Source: Prorocentrum cordatum (lineage: Eukaryota). From it: a stretch of 64,000 nt of DNA. Made by a program: the position numbers and the translations under genes. The stretch is from the NCBI GenBank assembly GCA_963575745.1, contig CAUYUJ010000001.1:2046001-2110000 (forward strand). Reading direction: 5' to 3'. The notes under the pieces were generated by a model, which saw only the letters and a list, made by a program, of their open reading frames with translations, made no database searches and was not told the origin of the DNA. Of the stretch, positions 8,852-19,300 are shown in pieces; position 1 is the stretch's first letter; the number at the start of each line of letters is the position of its first letter.

Positions 8852-11800
8852 GATGAGAAGCCGAATGCCGGCCTCCTCGCTACATACGTTGGCCGCGCTG
8901 AGGCCCGAGAGGAAAAATATCATTCAAAATGTCTTGTCATCGAGGATATTCGCACAGCTTGCGCTGAACTCCGAACCCGTGGCTATATATGTGATCGGAT
9001 TACCCATAATGAGGTAATGACTTCAACTGGAACACAGTATTTGGGAAATTTGTTGGCAGGAGACTACAATATGTTGTGGGTGGCCACACCCTCTGATTGG
9101 TACGTTCGTACTCCAGGAAAGAGGGCGGGACCACACTATCAACGTATACAAAATCTCCTGATCAAAGCGCGTGCTCTGAGAATGCAGATTGTTATCCTGG
9201 GGACACCCGGGTATTTCTGGAAACAGGGTCCGATCAAAGATGTTACCGAAGATTTGAAGCTAAGCATTATACGAATGAGACTCTGTCATTTCGGTATCAA
9301 GTTTGACCGCTCCAGTAAATATCCCAGTGATTCTTATATACAAGTTGCTACATCTTGTCCCCATATACCGATAAACTTATGGAGATGTACGTGTGGCTCA
9401 CACAAAGAGCACGATTTGGATTGGTATGGCCAAGACCAGCAACGTGCCGAGTTCCGGCATAAAACCTTGGCTATCATCACTGCACGCTTCCTTGATCAAC
9501 TCAATAAAGCCAACGTGATTAGGAATGAGCGGAGTGCGGTACACCTCAGTGTGTGTACGCGCGTTGACAAAAAGGTAAGACACTACGTTCAATGTCCACA
9601 AAAGGGCCCTCAATGGGACCATGTTGTTCGTAGAGTCACGACCGACCTGGACACGAATAAGATCGTTCAAGATATCAAAATCCAGGATCAGCCGACTGGG
9701 TACAATTATGTAGCTCCATTACCTGATGGGGTTACAAACATCAGTACTCGGTTATACTGGGAGCCTCCGGCTCCAGTTCTTCACGGCGATGGTGAGTCGC
9801 GAAGGCCACGCCCAAAGCGTGTGACGATCGTCGATGACGATCGGTCTCCTCCCCCTTCGATTGAGCGTTGCCAAACGCGACCCACCAACTTTCCTGAAAT
9901 TCCGCCATTTCCTGACTTAACAGCGGATCCTTCCGCAGCGGATCCCTCCGCAGCGGATCTCTCCGCGGAAACTGCGCTGCCCACTGATGCCAGGATAAAA
10001 CAGAAAGAAAAGCAGAAAGCTGACAAAGAAGCCGGCATCAAACCGAAGAAAATCCCGAAGAAAGTGGAAGACGGTAACGACGACTGTGGAGAGGACCTCA
10101 AAGGGCTTGACTGCTCCACATATTTCAACGACGTTCCTCTTGATGACTCGGACTCGGACAGCGAATCAGAGGACATCTTCATGATGTTACCGGCGGGGCA
10201 ACCCGCTGACTCACATGCTGATGTCTTCTCGATGGTCCAGTCACTATGCTACGGCAGAAACAATCAAGTGGACATGCTTGAATTATGTGGGGGCAAGGGT
10301 GGTATATCCATATTAGCCTTCAAGAGAGGACTCTCGTCGGGCGGGAGCCTTGATAAGGTATCTATGGTTGACCTTGGGAACGCGGAAGTACAAAGGGCAG
10401 TCCTTCACTACCTCAAGACTTGCTTTGTCAAGATCACGATTCTGCAGCCAAGCTGCAGAACTACTGGACTTCCTTCCTACTTCAATGCACAGGTCAATCA
10501 TGATACGTGGCTTAAACACCACAAAGAGGACCTGCCTCATATCACGTTCTGTGGAACAGTCGCTCTATTACAAGACGACCTAAGACGTTTCTTTCTCAGG
10601 GAACAACCAATGGGCACGTGGGTGGATGAGATCCAGCCATGGAAGGAACTGGCACAACGCAAGGTCACTTGCCAAACGATTATTGATCAGTGCACGACTG
10701 GTCTCAAAGATTCGTTTGGACAATACATCCGCAAGCCAACACAGATGATGGCAAACAAAGAAGAGTTGTTGGCACCCTTCAGAGGCAAGCGTTGTCCAGG
10801 TAATCATGTGCACGCCAATGCTTGCAACAAAGAACTAGCAAGGGCGGCACAGTATACCTACAGAATGCAGTCACTGATCGTTGATGCGGTGCAAATCGCC
10901 AAAGATCTGTTTGCTTACGGTCGCGATCCATTCGCGAATCGCGAACGCAGTTATGCGTTCGTAACAAACAGTGCTGGCTACGACTTGGACGACCCAACAA
11001 TCCGGAGACACCCAAACGGAGAAATCTGGCGACCACCACCTGGCGGTCTTGGGTGTCCTGGCTGTGTAGACAACAACTACAAACAATCACCAAGACACAG
11101 CAGGGATCCGAAGATGTGTCGATGGTATGATGTTGAACCATACCATTGGGACTGTCCAAGCTGTAAGAAGGAATACCAGAAGAGCAATCCTCACCATACC
11201 AAGATATCTGGCCAATGTAGATTCGCTGAAAAATGGAAACTGCCAGATAACTTTGGTCAGCCGCGCCCAGCGGGGCAAGCCGCTCCTGCGGCGCCAGCCG
11301 CGGAAGCGGCTCCAGCCGCAGAAGCGGCGCCAGCCGCAAAAGCGGCGCCGGCCGCGAAAGCGCGCATACGCGCGCCTAGGCCGCCACGGCCCGGTGAGGG
11401 CGATCCAACCGCAGGCGCCAGCAGCCATGACATCACCAGGGCCGAGGGGGCTCATGGTAACACCTCTGGCGCTGGTAGCTCTGACGATCACCGCAGACTG
11501 CCACAAGTTGCAGCAAGGCGCGGACGCATGGAGGGAGGAGATCCTCCACCACCGCCGCAGCCTCAAGCAGAGCCGAGGCCAAGGCCAAGGCTCCCTGATT
11601 GGACTCGCTTCGACGTTCAGCTCAGCCTTCAAAACCTGCGCAGCTTTGACCCAGCTGTAGTGCAGCGAGAACTCCGCAAACTCCACTTGAGATGGTTTCA
11701 TGCCAAGGAGCCAAAAATGCGGATGATTCTAACTAAGGTTGGTCTGGGTGAAACCCGTTTGAGTCTGATCAAAGGCATTTGCGACTCGTGTAGAGAATGT

Positions 11801-12233
11801 CGAGCCTGGGACAAACCAGGCAACACGGTGATGCCTTCTGTGTCACTGCCAGGACGTTTCAACGAGGAAGTCGAATGTGATCTTTTCTTTTACAAACAGG
11901 AACATATTGTTTTTCACATCATCGACCGTTGTATTCGCTGGGCAGCTGGCACAGAGATTCCTGATAAGACTATGCATACTGTTCTCGATGCCTATCACAC
12001 AACTTGGATGCAACATGGCCCTGCTAAAATCTTATACTCCGATGGGGAAGGAGCACTGAATAACGATACAGCAAAGGCCATCCTTAAGGCTAAGGGAACA
12101 GAGCTTCGTATCCGAGCGCGTGGCCAACACGCCACGACTATCGAAGCTAGGAACGGCATCCTGCGACACCTCATACACGTGATGGGAGAAGAATTGAATA
12201 GATTAAATATTCCTCTGAATTTCACTCGTCTTT
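8816..12233 (+). CDS. pol: Pol block 1: two methyltransferase-like domains, tandem Zn modules, integrase; continues after a -1 break
   Basis: The frame of the supplied 9017-12610 ORF is open from 8816 (RGQAGAPAALACDEKPN...KCLVIEDIRTACAELRTRGYICDRITHNEVM). Integrase-like sequence switches to the -1 frame at ~12231-12233. Confidence 0.85.
8927..9430 (+). other. Degenerate C5-methyltransferase-like domain (copy 1)
   Basis: Motif order parallels the downstream domain: CLVIE, LWVATP, VILGTPGYFW, MRLCHFGIK, RCTCGSH. The glycine-rich SAM loop, the catalytic Cys and the motif VI Glu are not evident. Confidence 0.4.
10265..10890 (+). other. C5 cytosine DNA methyltransferase-like domain (copy 2)
   Basis: VDMLELCGGKGG (motif I-like), VDL, ILQPSC (motif IV-like, Cys retained), FLREQP (motif VI-like), IDQCTTGL..RKPT (motif VIII-like), CPGNHVH, AAQYT. 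Confidence 0.68.
11054..11218 (+). other. Two tandem CxxC-x10-H-x6-C putative zinc-binding modules
   Basis: CPGCVDNNYKQSPRHSRDPKMC and CPSCKKEYQKSNPHHTKISGQC have identical ligand spacing, and each is followed by Arg plus an aromatic residue. Confidence 0.65.
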
Positions 12234-12330
12234 ACATGAAGCCTTGTTTGCCAGCAACGCATTTACCTTCTACAATGAAGTTTCTCCGTATAATGCGCTG
12301 TATGGCAGACAACCAGCTATGCTTCCCGAT
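11681..12330 (+). other. Retroviral-type integrase (HHCC + DDE core)
   Basis: LHLRWFHA...CREC. Catalytic triad in ECDLF (Asp 11879), YSDGEG (Asp 12041) and IEARN (Glu 12143). It continues as SNAFTFYNEVSPYNALYGRQP in the -1 frame. Confidence 0.88.
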
Positions 12331-15300
12331 TTCCCTGTCTTGGATCATGATCAGTCCGCTGAATCATCAGATCACTCAAGGGAGGAGACAATCAGGAGGG
12401 TTAGTCTGGAGGCAATTACGCAGGCCACTGCGGTTGCCAAGACGAACAGGGCTCTCCGTACGAAGACTACTGCTACGGGTGAATTTCACTACAAAGAGGG
12501 AGATCTCGTGGACTATCATCGCCCGACCACCACGAAAGACGACTGGGGTGGATGGAGTGGTCCATACCCGGTCATCCGCAACGAACCTGACCGAGGCCAG
12601 GTCATCGTGAAGGTCGGTAGTCGCGAAGTGCGAGTACAGTATCCTGACACACGACATACGCTGTACATCGAAGCACTGATGGTCCGCGAGATAGGATCGG
12701 ACAATACGGCCCTTCGGACAGTATTGGCCTTTATTGCCGGTCTGCCAGCGGGGAAACCCGCCATGACTTTCGGATATCTACCAGCGAAACAGGGCCGGCT
12801 GCAGATGACTGCTGCGAGCCGACTTTCGCCTAAGGTGCACTTGGCTCTTCAGTACCTCATACGCAACTATTTTCGTATTGAAAACGTTGTTGCTGTACGA
12901 CTTGCCAAGAGCCTGACGAAGTTGCCTGCTGCCCCCTATGCAGACAGCTGTACACTAGTGCACTATGATAACGATGTGACCCCTGGCTTTCACTATTATG
13001 AAGCTGATGGCACTGCCTTGAACATCTACGACATCACAGGATCCACACACTCACGCATCATCCAGTGTCTTAAATCCAAGAAGCCGCCTGCTGGATTCGA
13101 CCGAGACCTCACTAAGTTTGAGGAACTCGCTGATGGTCCACCACCAAGCGAGTCACCTCCAGCAGCTGCTCCTGAGCAGCCTCCTGCGGAGAATGATGGT
13201 CGGCTCCCGACCATCATAGAGGAAACAGAAGAAGATCTGGATGCCTTTGTCTTAAAGTCGTGGTATGCTGAACTGATGGATGACAGAACACTCCTTGAAG
13301 CTGACACAGAAGAAGTCATGCATACAGTTCCGACATACATGACAGACACACAGTGTGTGTTAGTCTCTACGACCTGTGAAGATGTGCAAGGCCACTTGCC
13401 GGAGCGGGGTCACCCGCCAGGATACGACATGGACACTGCTTACTACGTTCCTTTGTGCTCCACGGATCCGGACAGCAAATATGATCTGGATTCCGATGAG
13501 CACGGGAAGTACATCGAGCTTTGCTTCACAGCAGACATGTCCAAAGTCGTCCTGTCCGAGCAGCAACACCGATTGTTGGATGACAGCAGCGTCACAACTA
13601 TGCGAGTATACGTTAGTGCTGCCTCCAAACGTGCCGCGGTCGTCAAGGAAGACGATCTACTCACGAAGGCCGACATTCAAGCGAATCCGGTCAAAGTTTC
13701 CAAAGCCCTTTACACAGAATTGAAGACTTGGCTTGACAACAAATGCTTCCAGATGACTGACTTGAGCAAAGCGTCGAACATCATGACTTCACGCTACGTA
13801 TACAAATGGAAGTTTGTCAAGAACGAAAAGGGCGAAATGGAAAGGACGATTAGGTTACGCTTGGTACTCCGTGGCTTCATGGACCTTGAAGCCTTTGATG
13901 TCGAAACCTTCTCTGGTACGGCAAGGAGGTCAAGCCAGAGACTGCTCGCAAGTTCTGCTGCATGCAACAAAGCTTGGATCATCGCTTCCCTGGACATCAA
14001 CATGGCTTTCTTGAAGGGACTGACCTATAGCGAGCTCGCCGCGGCAACGGGCGAGAAAGAGCGTGTGGTGTGCTTCACACTACCTCCTGGGTCAGCAGCT
14101 GTCCTTCGCACACTGCCAGGCTTTGAGTCATATGACGAATCAAAGCATTGTCTTCGGTGTCTGAAGCCGGGGACGGGCACGAAGGATGCTCCCAGGGCAT
14201 TCTCGTTGAAGCTCAGATCCATCACTAGGAGCTTTGGACTACAGCCTACTTCATACGACGAAGAGTTCGAGATGAGCTCAAACCTCTTGACAGCCAAACA
14301 CGTCGATGACATCAATATGACTGGGAAGGAAGATGCTATTGACAAGTATGTCAAGTGTGTTGAAGATACGTTTGGAAAGTGCAAACTGAACAAGCACACA
14401 TACACAAACTGTGCCGTTCGGTACAACAAGACCGATGATGGGAGCGTCACTCTTGATCAGGACGAATACATCAAACAGCTTCGTCCTATCACACATCCAG
14501 AACTCACAGGAGCTGATCCTGAGAGCAAAGCGACAAAGACGATTTCTGATATGTTCGTCAGTCTTCGTGGCGCTCTAGCCTATGCGTTGATCACGCAGGT
14601 ATGGCTGATGGTCTATGTTGTCTCACTACAACGTATCCAGGAACCGACAAACATCCAGGTACGACGACTAAACGCGGTTACCAGGAAACTGCAGGCAGGT
14701 CCGAAGAAGATCGTGTATCAAGCTATGACTCCAACAGGAGAAGTCGACCTGCATAGCGATTCTGGCTATCGTCGTCTCAACGGAGATGAAGACGACGAAG
14801 TCAAAGGCTATGGTATCCGCGGGGCTAACCTGCTGAGGCGTGGCCACACGCAAGCGGGGAAACCCGTCGTGCACCTGGTGGACGCATACTGCAAGTCTCA
14901 TCGACTGCAGGTGCGTTCGAGCTACTCTGCGGAAACACTGGCAGCAGCCCACAACTTGGAAGACTGCTACCGGACCATTGTAACGCTCCACGAGCTACAC
15001 TCGGGACCATTGACCCCCACACAGTTAAAGAACATATTGGAAATGGGTGGTCTATGTATCAAAGTCACTCTGACTATTGATGCCGAGTCTGTCTTCAAGT
15101 CTTTGTCTAGCAAAGATCTGAAGAAGCCCACAGAATGTACTCTGCTTGGGCACATTAGCTGGATCCGCCAGATGATGGAGCGCGGAATCGTTGAAAGCGT
15201 TCAATGGTGTGACACGCGGGATATGACTGCTGATGGTCATACCAAAGGTAGTATTGACCGCGCGTTGCTCCTACAAGTAATGGCCGGCCAGCAATCCTTC

Positions 15301-15426
15301 AAGCACGAGCTGAAGAGACATACTCCGTATAGGGCGGGCAGGTCGTCTCAGGACGGCCCTGCCTCCCGAGCTAGCGGGAAAACCCGCATGCAGGTGCGCT
15401 CTAGTAGCGAGGAAACTCGCCGGTAG
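12234..15426 (+). CDS. pol: Pol block 2: integrase C-terminus, copia-type reverse transcriptase and RNase H
   Basis: RT motifs SRYVYKWK, RLRLVLRGF, SLDINMAFLKG, GTKDAPRAF, KHVDDI (14296-14313) and LDQDEYI. RNase H motifs LHSDSGY, SSYSAETLAA, TIDAESV and DMTADGHTK. Confidence 0.93.
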
Positions 15427-15535
15427 CGAGGCTACTCGCGCGCCCTTGCCTTGTAGGCAGCCGCTGTTGCCTAGCACTGTTTTTCCGTGCAATGTAGAAG
15501 TGTGGTGCCTGCTCGTCTCCTCCCCCTCCGACTTT

Positions 15536-15801
15536 AAACGGAGAAGGTTAAAGGCGAGGTATATATCGAGCATGCACCGCTGCCGTGCCTGGCTCAAGCC
15601 GGGCCCGGCCTAATATGTGACTGTGCCTCACCGAGGCGCACGACGTGTATCTGAGATCGGAAAATACCTTTTCCATTGAAGATGCCCCTTCTATCCTTTA
15701 CTCCAGATCCCATGCTTCGTCTCGCTCTCTTGCTCATGCGATATGAGCCAAAGCCTGGGATAGGGGAACGCCTAAGGCGTAACACATACCTAAGCTTACC
15801 A
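15536..15801 (+). repeat. Candidate polypurine tract (15536-15559) and 3' LTR
   Basis: Purine-rich AAACGGAGAAGGTTAAAGGCGAGG downstream of pol, then ~240 nt of unique sequence ending ...CTTACCA just before host repeats resume. There is no 5' LTR in the window to confirm it, and no TG start directly after the tract. Confidence 0.3.
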
Positions 15802-16139
15802 GTGCGTTTTCGACTGGGAGCCTCGGGGGCCATCTTAGGGCCATCTTGGAGGAGATCGATGAAAGGATGGGGGCGCCTGAATTAGGCTCCCCCCAGGAGG
15901 CCTAGTAAAATCAGTGCTATTGGCCTTCTTGCCGAGGCCATCTTGGACGTTGCGACGACCTGCGGCTTGGCTTGGCCCGTCCAGGTCCAGGGGGAGGGGG
16001 TCGGGGGAGGGGTCAGGACGCCCTCCCCGCCCGCAAGCCGTCTTGCCCACTCCCGCGCGCCCTCCCAACACATAGATAGCACCCGAGCCGCAGCATGTTC
16101 AGCGGTCGTTTTTTGATGGGCAGCTGATGGGAACCAAGA

Positions 16140-16355
16140 CAGACCCGGTGTGCGCAACGCTGGGGCGAGGCGCGCCACGCGTGCTACGCGCCCCAGGTGC
16201 GCCAGGCACCCCTTTGGCCCAAGCGTGCCAGGCACGCCTGGTGCGCCAGATGCGCCCCGTGATCCACGTGCGCCATGTGTGCCGCATGCTCCAGGCGTGC
16301 CATGTGCGCCACGCTCGGGGTACGCGCAGAGTGTGCCAGATGCGCCTGCGCACAT
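16140..16355. repeat. Degenerate GC-rich minisatellite (GTGCGCCA/GGCAC/GATGC units)
   Basis: Recurrent GCGCCAG, GTGCCA and GTGCGCC at a short period. Confidence 0.6.
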
Positions 16356-19300
16356 GGCAGTACACAGTGCGCAATCGCAGCGGGATGGCCATCATAGTGT
16401 CTGGTGGACCTGCACACAGCAGGCAATATACCAGCACCCCCGTCGTCCCAGTCAAAAGCCAATGCACAGTGTTCGCGGGGTGCCCGCGCATGATCCTGAT
16501 TTTGCTTCGAAGTGCATTTTGTATTGCTTTTTGGAAGCGGTGCTGGCCCTGCGCGCAGCAGGCAGTATGCGAGCACACCCGCCGTCGCTGTCAAACAACA
16601 ATATGACAGTGCTCGCGGCCCCCCGGATCATGACCCAAGATTTTGCCGCAAAGCGAGCTTCACATGTTTTTGTTGAGAGGGATGGGGGGGGTCCTCGTTG
16701 GTCCTGGTTGGCTGCCGGTCGCCTGGGGGAAGGTGTGTTCATTTATAGGGAGCAATGAGAGGTCACTCCCGAAGGGGAAGAAGGGGAAGAAGGGGGTTGG
16801 AAGTGGAAACTTCCTAAACCACTCACGCCCTGAAGGGCTGGTAGAATTGTAGGCCGCTGTTTCTTAAGCGACCAATTGCAACAGCTGGGCCCATTGCTAG
16901 TGTTGAGAGCTCCGGGACCTTCTCTTTCTTATACTCGCAGATTCGCTACCTCTTGAGTTTCTGGAGCATCCTCCCCTGCTGCGCACCGCGGTTGCGGGGA
17001 TGCGCCCTTTTGGAGCACGTTCTAACCAGCTCCTTGCTCACTTGGGCATCCCTCCCGCCGCGCACCGCGGTCACGTGGAGAGGATGGAAGCAAGAGTCTG
17101 GGCGAATGGCGGCTGGCGGGGGTGGAGGGGGACATGGAAGGGGGAGGAGAGCAGGGCCAGGAGTGCTGGAGTGAGAGGCCTCGGACGCTATCATAGTAGT
17201 TCTGTAGCGATGCCAGCTGACCCTGCCTTCCTTGTGCATGTGTACAGTCAACCCGCATAATCAGGATGGGCAACCTTTCCAAGGGTACCCTTGCATCCTT
17301 GCCTCCTCGGTCCATCCTTCGCCGCTTTCGCTGGCCGCGCCCCGCTCGAAAAGCTTCGAAATGGGCGTCCAAGGCCCTTGCATCCTTATCGCGCCTTCTT
17401 ACTATACTGCCTGACTGTATCATCCACCGTCCGCTCCGTCCACTGATGATTCCCCTGGTGACTGCAGCTGCCTGCTTCCAGGCAAGGGGCCAGTGGGTCT
17501 TCGAGGCCCGACGGCACGGGGCAGCAGAGGGCCGGGCTCGGGCGGAGGCCGTGCAGAGGCCGGCCCCGGCGCGGCGGCGGGGCCTCGCGCAGGAGCTGAA
17601 GCTCGCGGGCTCCAATATCCTCCTTGCGGAGATCGAGGACGACGTTTGAGCGGGGGCCCGAGATCGGCGCGGGCCCGAGGAGGAGGATGGAGAACGAGGA
17701 TTGCGGTCGGGTGGGTAAAGTGGATAGGGGATAGGGGGGGTAGGGAGAGGTTGGCAGCAGTGGGCGCGGAAAAGGGAGCTGGTCCGGCTCCCTCACCCGG
17801 CTCAGCCGGGGGAGGAGATCGACTACACGCAGGAGTGACCATTCGCCGGAGTGGCCTTGGGTGCGGGCCAATTGGGGCCCCCCGATCGCCGAGCGCGATG
17901 CGATAATAGCGTCTTGTGCGCTCCTGTTTGGCCCCCCCGCGGCTCCCAAAGAAGCCGCGCACCGCACCAGCGGTCACTCTTACCAAGGATCACTATTGCG
18001 TGTAGCCGAGGATATCGAGGAGGTGGGTTCAGTGGAAGGGCCGGACGGGCCGGGTCGGACGAAAGGGATGGATAGGTGAATTGCTGCGTGCAGCTGGTTT
18101 CGGACCCGCTGCCAGGCACTATCGGATTCCTCGCGCCTCTGGCGCTGGGAGGCGCCGGGAGAACCAGCTGCGTGAGCTGATTGCGCACCCCCCCTGTACC
18201 TTCCCCCTTGGTCGTCCTGCTGGAGACTGGAGGGGAGGTGGGAAGTACGGCAGGCTCGCGCAATGTCGGCGCGGCGGCGCGCGCGTTCAAGATTGAACGC
18301 CGCGGGTGGCCTGGGATCGGCCGATGTCGGACGATGAAAGCTGTCTCAGGGAGCTGTGCCTTAAGGGAAAGGGGCTTCTGAGGGGGGGCTGACTCGTCCT
18401 TGAGTCACTTCCTTGTTCTCCGGGCGCTAGCGTCATAGCAGTTCATCTGTAGAGCCAGCTTGCTTCTTTCTCCACTGTGGCATTCCTTTGCCACCCCTGG
18501 CCTACCTCCAGCGAGCCATCCTGACCAGAACCGCCGCATCGGAAAGCCAGAATCGTTCACGGATTGACGGTCCACGCGCTGTGAGAGACCAGCGCGCAAG
18601 GCGTCACGACAGGAATGAATGTGCGGTACAAGCGAGAACCCATGATGCGCCAATCGGCGGCACCCCAACATACTAATATTACATGTGCGTCGCCCCCCCA
18701 GTGGCGACGCGCGCACCGAGAAATCGTATGGACTATGCGTCGTGGCGGGCGCGTTCTGGCCACACCGCTCGGGAAACAATACACTACAAGATGGGTATGC
18801 TATGTGTTCGCGTCGGACGCGCACCTCCAATGAGGACATGTAGTGCTGGCATGTCCCTGTGCGGCCCAGCCAAGGACCTAGCAGCGCAGCTTTTCCTCCC
18901 GAAGCACCCCATCACGAGCCTGTGCGTTCCGTCCCACGGTGGGCAGCGCCTCCCTTACACCAAGACGTGCGCACCGTGCGTGCTGCACTCCAGCGAGGGA
19001 GCCCCGCTTGAGCAGCAGCCGCCTTTTCGCCGTCCTGGCCGCAAGAGATGCCGAACGGCACCACCGTGAATCACGGGGAAATTCGGAGAAGGAAACATGG
19101 CATAAACATGAACTTTCGGAGCCCCGTGCGGATTTCTTAGATCTGCGTTGGTGCCCCCTGGCGGCGCCTCCGGCGCCGCCCCTGGCGCGCGGAGTTTATG
19201 TTTGTCCAAAGAAATCCAGCACATGAGGGCGCGCGTGAGGGGGGTCCAGCGCGGATCCAAGGAATCCGCACGGACCGGCGACAGTTTATGTTTATGCGTT

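Larger units (their letters stand above)
762..15439 (+). repeat. Dispersed 14-nt mini-hairpin GCGGG-GNNA-CCCGC and covarying variants, throughout the retrotransposon
   Basis: About 23 perfect copies by manual count (e.g. 762, 1707, 2084, 2120, 2963, 2993, 3758, 3794, 4031, 5414, 5432, 5906, 5951, 6605, 6623, 7187, 7223, 8282, 8306, 8723, 10193, 12748, 13404), plus GCGGA/TCCGC, GCGGC/GCCGC and GCGAG/CTCGC variants. Confidence 0.9.
1..15801 (+). mobile_element. Giant Ty1/copia LTR retrotransposon; 5' LTR outside the window, 3' boundary approximate
   Basis: Intronless + strand coding block 33-15426 with domain order Gag-CCHC, protease, integrase (HHCC + DDE), RT, RNase H. Integrase upstream of RT is diagnostic of copia. 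Host-type repeat sequence (GGGCCATCTT...) resumes at ~15815. Confidence 0.93.

Noticed and set aside
74..15597. Short antisense or alternate-frame ORFs inside the retrotransposon
   Set aside because: Shadow ORFs of a GC-rich coding strand with no independent motifs.
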